Positions 4,823 through 8,205 of a stretch of DNA of 8,205 nucleotides are shown in pieces (position 1 is the first letter of the stretch; each line of letters opens with the position of its first letter). Location: NCBI GenBank assembly GCA_002779075.1, contig PEXK01000004.1:1-8205 (forward strand). Direction: 5' to 3'. The DNA is from Candidatus Diapherotrites archaeon CG08_land_8_20_14_0_20_30_16 (GTDB lineage Archaea; Iainarchaeota; Iainarchaeia; Iainarchaeales; 0-14-0-20-30-16). The notes under the pieces are model-generated. The model had not been told where the DNA came from. It saw nothing but the letters and a program-made list of their open reading frames with translations, and ran no database searches. The position numbers were made by a program, and so were the translations under genes.

Positions 4823-5728
4823 ATGTTAATTCTGATTTTCTCAAGAAATAATCAATTTAGTAACAATATATTAAATTACCTTTTAAAAAAGTGCTGTTTA
4901 AAGTCTGTTTGGGCTACCCCAAAATACCAAAACCCATTAGAAATCTTTGAGGTGTATGTAGACAACAAAAAAATAGAGAAAGTAAAGGCAATAACAGTAA
5001 ATGATTTTCTTTATTTGACAAATGATGATGTAGACGCTATTGAACAAGAAATAAAAGATAGGTGCACGTTCATAATTATTTCAACACACAAATCAGAAAC
5101 TCAAAAAATAGATACAATATCAATACATTTCTGTGGCAATTTCAATAAAAATGAATTAGGTGGCGAAGAAGAAAATTTTTCAATAGCTTATTTAGATGCT
5201 TTTGAATCCATCTATAAAAATATCTCTAAAGACAATACAAAACCCAAAAAATTAGAATTTTTATTAGAGGCTACTCATCACGGCCCAACATTGGAAAGAG
5301 AAGTATTATATTTTGAAATTGGGCCAGACAATAAAGCATATGATAATCAAGAATATCAAAAATATTATATCAACAAATTAATGCAAGCCATAGAAACTAA
5401 GGAAATAAAACCATCAACACCATATATTCTTATAGGCGCCCCGCATTATCTAGACAACAAATTAATTAATTCTATTAAAGATAAATTAAAAACCAAGTAT
5501 AATATAGAAACTGTTATCTTTTCACACATCCTTCCAAAATACTCTTTAAATGAAATTCTGAAAAAAGAAGACTTACACATAGAAAAAATAATTCGTAAGC
5601 TTATAGATTGTTCAAAAACAGAGAATTTTATAATAAATAAAGATTACATGAAATCATTAATTCGTCTAATCAATATATTAGATAAAATAAAAAAAGATAG
5701 AGAAGGAGTAAACTATAAAATTATATAG
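4823..5728 (+). CDS. dtdA: D-aminoacyl-tRNA deacylase, archaeal DTD2 type
   Basis: The protein is 301 aa. The blocks LEATHHGPT, YFEIGP, IGAPHY and FSHILPKYS line up with the conserved blocks I recall from Pyrococcus DtdA/DTD2 (YEATHHGPT, FIEIGS, GGGHYAPK, FGHILPKYA). Confidence 0.85.
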   Translation: MLILIFSRNNQFSNNILNYLLKKCCLKSVWATPKYQNPLEIFEVYVDNKKIEKVKAITVNDFLYLTNDDVDAIEQEIKDRCTFIIISTHKSETQKIDTISIHFCGNFNKNELGGEEENFSIAYLDAFESIYKNISKDNTKPKKLEFLLEATHHGPTLEREVLYFEIGPDNKAYDNQEYQKYYINKLMQAIETKEIKPSTPYILIGAPHYLDNKLINSIKDKLKTKYNIETVIFSHILPKYSLNEILKKEDLHIEKIIRKLIDCSKTENFIINKDYMKSLIRLINILDKIKKDREGVNYKII

Positions 5729-5747
5729 TTCTTCTTCCCTTCCGATC

Positions 5748-5753
5748 TTTTTT
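5748..5753 (+). terminator. Oligo-T tract after dtdA
   Basis: A T6 run lies 20 nt after the TAG stop (5726-5728), in a 31-bp convergent spacer. Confidence 0.35.
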
Positions 5754-5759
5754 ATTTAT

Positions 5760-6368
5760 TTATCTCTTTTTTTTCTTTGCTGGTTTAGCAGCTTTTTTCT
5801 TTTTCTTTATTTTCTTTTTCTTTACCATGTTAGCTTCACCCTCCTTAGATAAGCATAATAAATCTTCTAATTTTTCTTTGGAATTATCTACATTCACAAT
5901 ATGATTATACAAAACATCATCTGATTTCAACCAATCTTCATCAAACAAGGGCTTCTCAGAATACTTTCCCTTTTTTCCTTTTTCTTTTTTCTCCAAAGAA
6001 GAATCCATTTCTAATTCTCTTAATAAATTCATAATTTCGTCATCATCGACATCAGTAATATATTTTTCTAAAAGCAAGTTGTAAAGCTCTTCTTCCAGCA
6101 AATCGATTCTCTTTTCTAAATATTCAATATGACTCATTGTTGCTAGTTGTTCTTTTTGAAGAGCCATCTTCAAAAAGTTTTCTATTTTTGAGTTTATATT
6201 GTCGTTTACCTGTCCTTTCCTTCGCAAAATAGTCTTAATTAGTTCCTTTGCATGGTCTTTTGTAACAAACTTAGACTCATGTAACTTATTTACGAAATCT
6301 TCAACTTGTTTCTTGCTCATATCGTGAGCTCCCATACCTATTACAATTCCTTTTTTTAATAAATCCAT
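5760..6368 (-). CDS. Hypothetical protein with a phasin-like (COG3937-like) N-terminus, coiled coil, acidic stretch and lysine-rich basic tail
   Basis: The protein is 202 aa. The N-terminus LLKKGIVIGMGAHDMSKKQVEDFVNKLHESKFVTKDHAKELIKTIL resembles the phasin-family helix pattern. The middle is heptad-like (IEYLEKRIDLLEEELYNLLLEK). The C-terminus reads KKKKIKKKKKAAKPAKKKKR. Confidence 0.7.
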   Translation of the reverse strand: MDLLKKGIVIGMGAHDMSKKQVEDFVNKLHESKFVTKDHAKELIKTILRRKGQVNDNINSKIENFLKMALQKEQLATMSHIEYLEKRIDLLEEELYNLLLEKYITDVDDDEIMNLLRELEMDSSLEKKEKGKKGKYSEKPLFDEDWLKSDDVLYNHIVNVDNSKEKLEDLLCLSKEGEANMVKKKKIKKKKKAAKPAKKKKR

Positions 6369-6553
6369 TTTTTATCACATTAAACAGTATATTTTTGTAC
6401 ATTAATAACATACTGTTATTTTTTTTATTAAAATTTTTATATAAAAAATTATATAGTTAACAAACACGATATTTAAATAGTTTTCTATTTTTTTATATAT
6501 TTTAAAACATTTTTTCAAGAATTTTACAAAAAAAATTTCAAAAGAGAATTGAT

Positions 6554-7333
6554 ATGTTAAATTCAAAAAAAATATTCTGTGATGGTTTAGGATTAACAAT
6601 AAATGAAATTAAAAAATCTTATTTGTTGTCTGTTGTCTTTATGTTGATTCTCTTTGGTCTATGTTACTTTTGTTTTATAATTTCCTATGGTTTTTATTTT
6701 CAGATAAATTCAAGCAAAGAAGCAATAATCTGGAGTTTAGTCAATTTAATTTTTCTTCTTTTCCTTCTGATGATTTCCTTCACAATCCTGAATAAAATAA
6801 AGAAGTTATGTTTGCTTAAAGTAATAAACAAAGAACTAAAGAACAAAAATAAAGCGTTTCTATTGTTTATAGATTCTTTTTTAGATAAAGAATTCAAATT
6901 AACCACAAAAGAAAAAACAAAGTGGGTTGTTAGATTTCTTCTCACATTTCTATTTTGTGCATTACTTGTATTCTTCTTAATTGGGATATTAGAAATGATA
7001 AGTAATATTTATTTAAAATCTGTTATAGGGATTATTCTATTCTTCTTATTTGGAGGATTCTTGTTCTTTTCTTTTCTTTGGTCTTTTTTCTCCAAAAACC
7101 TGACAGAACTAGTTTTTAGCTATAAAATCTTCACAAAACACTTTGGCTTGATAATAAGCACATTAATAATTAGTTTAATCTTGTTATTTGTTGTTTTTCT
7201 AATCTTTTATCTGATTCCTGACTTTTACTTGAAGTACATCTTATTTAGTGTTTTGTTTGCCTTTGTATTTATTTGGGTTGTTTATTTTTGCTTTTTTATT
7301 ATTTCACAGTTGTTCTTAGAACAACACAAATGA
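6554..7333 (+). CDS. Hypothetical polytopic membrane protein
   Basis: The protein is 259 aa with about 6-7 long F/L/I-rich hydrophobic segments separated by K-rich loops. It has no recognisable family motif. Confidence 0.7.
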   Translation: MLNSKKIFCDGLGLTINEIKKSYLLSVVFMLILFGLCYFCFIISYGFYFQINSSKEAIIWSLVNLIFLLFLLMISFTILNKIKKLCLLKVINKELKNKNKAFLLFIDSFLDKEFKLTTKEKTKWVVRFLLTFLFCALLVFFLIGILEMISNIYLKSVIGIILFFLFGGFLFFSFLWSFFSKNLTELVFSYKIFTKHFGLIISTLIISLILLFVVFLIFYLIPDFYLKYILFSVLFAFVFIWVVYFCFFIISQLFLEQHK

Positions 7334-7486
7334 TTTATCTGGGCTTTATACTGTAATTGTAAGTTGCCAAATTTAATCCTTGATTTCGAGGCAATCTCAC
7401 TTGTGTTCAAATACATTCAAAGCTCTTCTAACGATGCCATTTGAAGGCAATTGTTGTTTGATTTATCACTTAAAATATTTTGTGCT

Positions 7487-8205
7487 TTACAAACTATTTC
7501 TCTTTAGAAGGTAAACTATAACAACAATAGTCAGCAAGCCAAATACCACTAAAAGATTATTATCTGGTGTTTTCACTATTTTAATGTCATACTTTGGCTT
7601 TAATTTAAAAGATTGGCTAACATTAGTATTACTATATGTTTCTGTTACTTTAAAACTAAATGGTCCTTTAGAATCCAAATTAAATTCTGAAATATCTTTC
7701 ATATAGTTCTTTGACATAACATTGCTTTTTGCAATAATAATGCCAGTTATAGAGTCTGAATACAATTTTTTACCTTCCTTATTGAAAATTTCTATATTCA
7801 GATCTAAAGTTTTACTAGAATTAGAACTGTTATTAATATCAATATTAATATCAAAAATATCATTTAAATCATATTCTGACTGGATATTCTTTAATTCTAA
7901 ATTAATTGCAGATTCTACATAGAGATAAATCAAAGGTGCATAATCAAACAATCCAGAAAGAACTTTAACTTTAGTCTCAGAAACATAATCTTTTACATCA
8001 GGAATTAGACAATCTTTAGTGCAACCAAAAGCAGATTGTTTCTCATAATATAAATTTCCACCATAGCATATGGGAGAATAATTTTGTTTTATAAATTTTT
8101 CATCTGCATCAAAGTAATACATAGGAATTGAAGGTAAAGGAAAATTAAATTTTTTGTATGAAGGTACATTATTTACATCACAAAAATTTGAATTCCCTAT
8201 AGACT
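7487..8205 (-). CDS. Hypothetical secreted/surface protein with a C-terminal transmembrane anchor (5' end outside the window)
   Basis: The frame stays open upstream of the listed ATG (8122) all the way to the window edge (...SIGNSNFCDVNNVPSYKKFNFPLPSIPMYYF...), so the true start probably lies beyond 8205. The C-terminus LLVVFGLLTIVVIVYLLKRNSL is a hydrophobic anchor with a basic tail. The body is Asn/Ser-rich with N-x-S/T sequons. Confidence 0.7.
   Translation of the reverse strand, partial: SIGNSNFCDVNNVPSYKKFNFPLPSIPMYYFDADEKFIKQNYSPICYGGNLYYEKQSAFGCTKDCLIPDVKDYVSETKVKVLSGLFDYAPLIYLYVESAINLELKNIQSEYDLNDIFDINIDINNSSNSSKTLDLNIEIFNKEGKKLYSDSITGIIIAKSNVMSKNYMKDISEFNLDSKGPFSFKVTETYSNTNVSQSFKLKPKYDIKIVKTPDNNLLVVFGLLTIVVIVYLLKRNSL

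Noticed and set aside
6383-6417. 8-bp inverted repeat AACAGTAT...ATACTGTT flanking the presumed promoter of the 202-aa gene
   Set aside because: It is short and AT-rich, and such inverted repeats are frequent by chance here. It may be an operator, but there is no supporting evidence.
6402-6599. 65-aa minus-strand ORF in the divergent spacer
   Set aside because: The translation is extremely AT-driven. It overlaps the promoter region and the start of the membrane-protein gene, and it has no start context.
1-8205. Search for tRNA, rRNA, C/D-box sRNA and CRISPR arrays
   Set aside because: I found no T-loop-like GTTCRAATC with flanking stems, no RUGAUGA...CUGA pairs in non-coding DNA and no regularly spaced 24-37-nt repeats. 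An eye scan can miss divergent RNAs, so an Infernal/tRNAscan run is still advisable.

Overview
This is a visibly AT-rich, gene-dense window with an archaeal character. It carries an archaeal/eukaryal-type alpha2 glycyl-tRNA synthetase, an archaeal-type D-aminoacyl-tRNA deacylase (DTD2) and a short XerA-like tyrosine recombinase. Several genes have TATA-like octamers centred about 26 nt upstream of the ATG, which suggests leaderless mRNAs. I support eight CDSs, one of them running off the right edge, plus a possible 9-codon gene start at the left edge. I found no rRNA, tRNA or CRISPR array. The interesting part is the stretch between glyS and dtdA. A ~48-bp repeat occurs three times: 1592-1639 (+), 4719-4766 (+), and a partial inverted copy at 4242-4278. 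The two direct copies bracket a 3.1-kb segment. That segment holds the Xer-like recombinase and a perfect 28-bp dif-like site of 11-6-11 layout (TTACGGCATAA-TCCATA-TTATGCCGTAA) 163 nt upstream of it. It also holds a dense cluster of short repeats and palindromes, two unrecognisable ORFs and a 473-nt ORF-free region. My best reading is a small recombinase-bearing cassette or integrated element inserted between glyS and dtdA, but a generic intergenic repeat or promoter family is a live alternative. All similarity counts were made by eye from this sequence, and no database search was possible.
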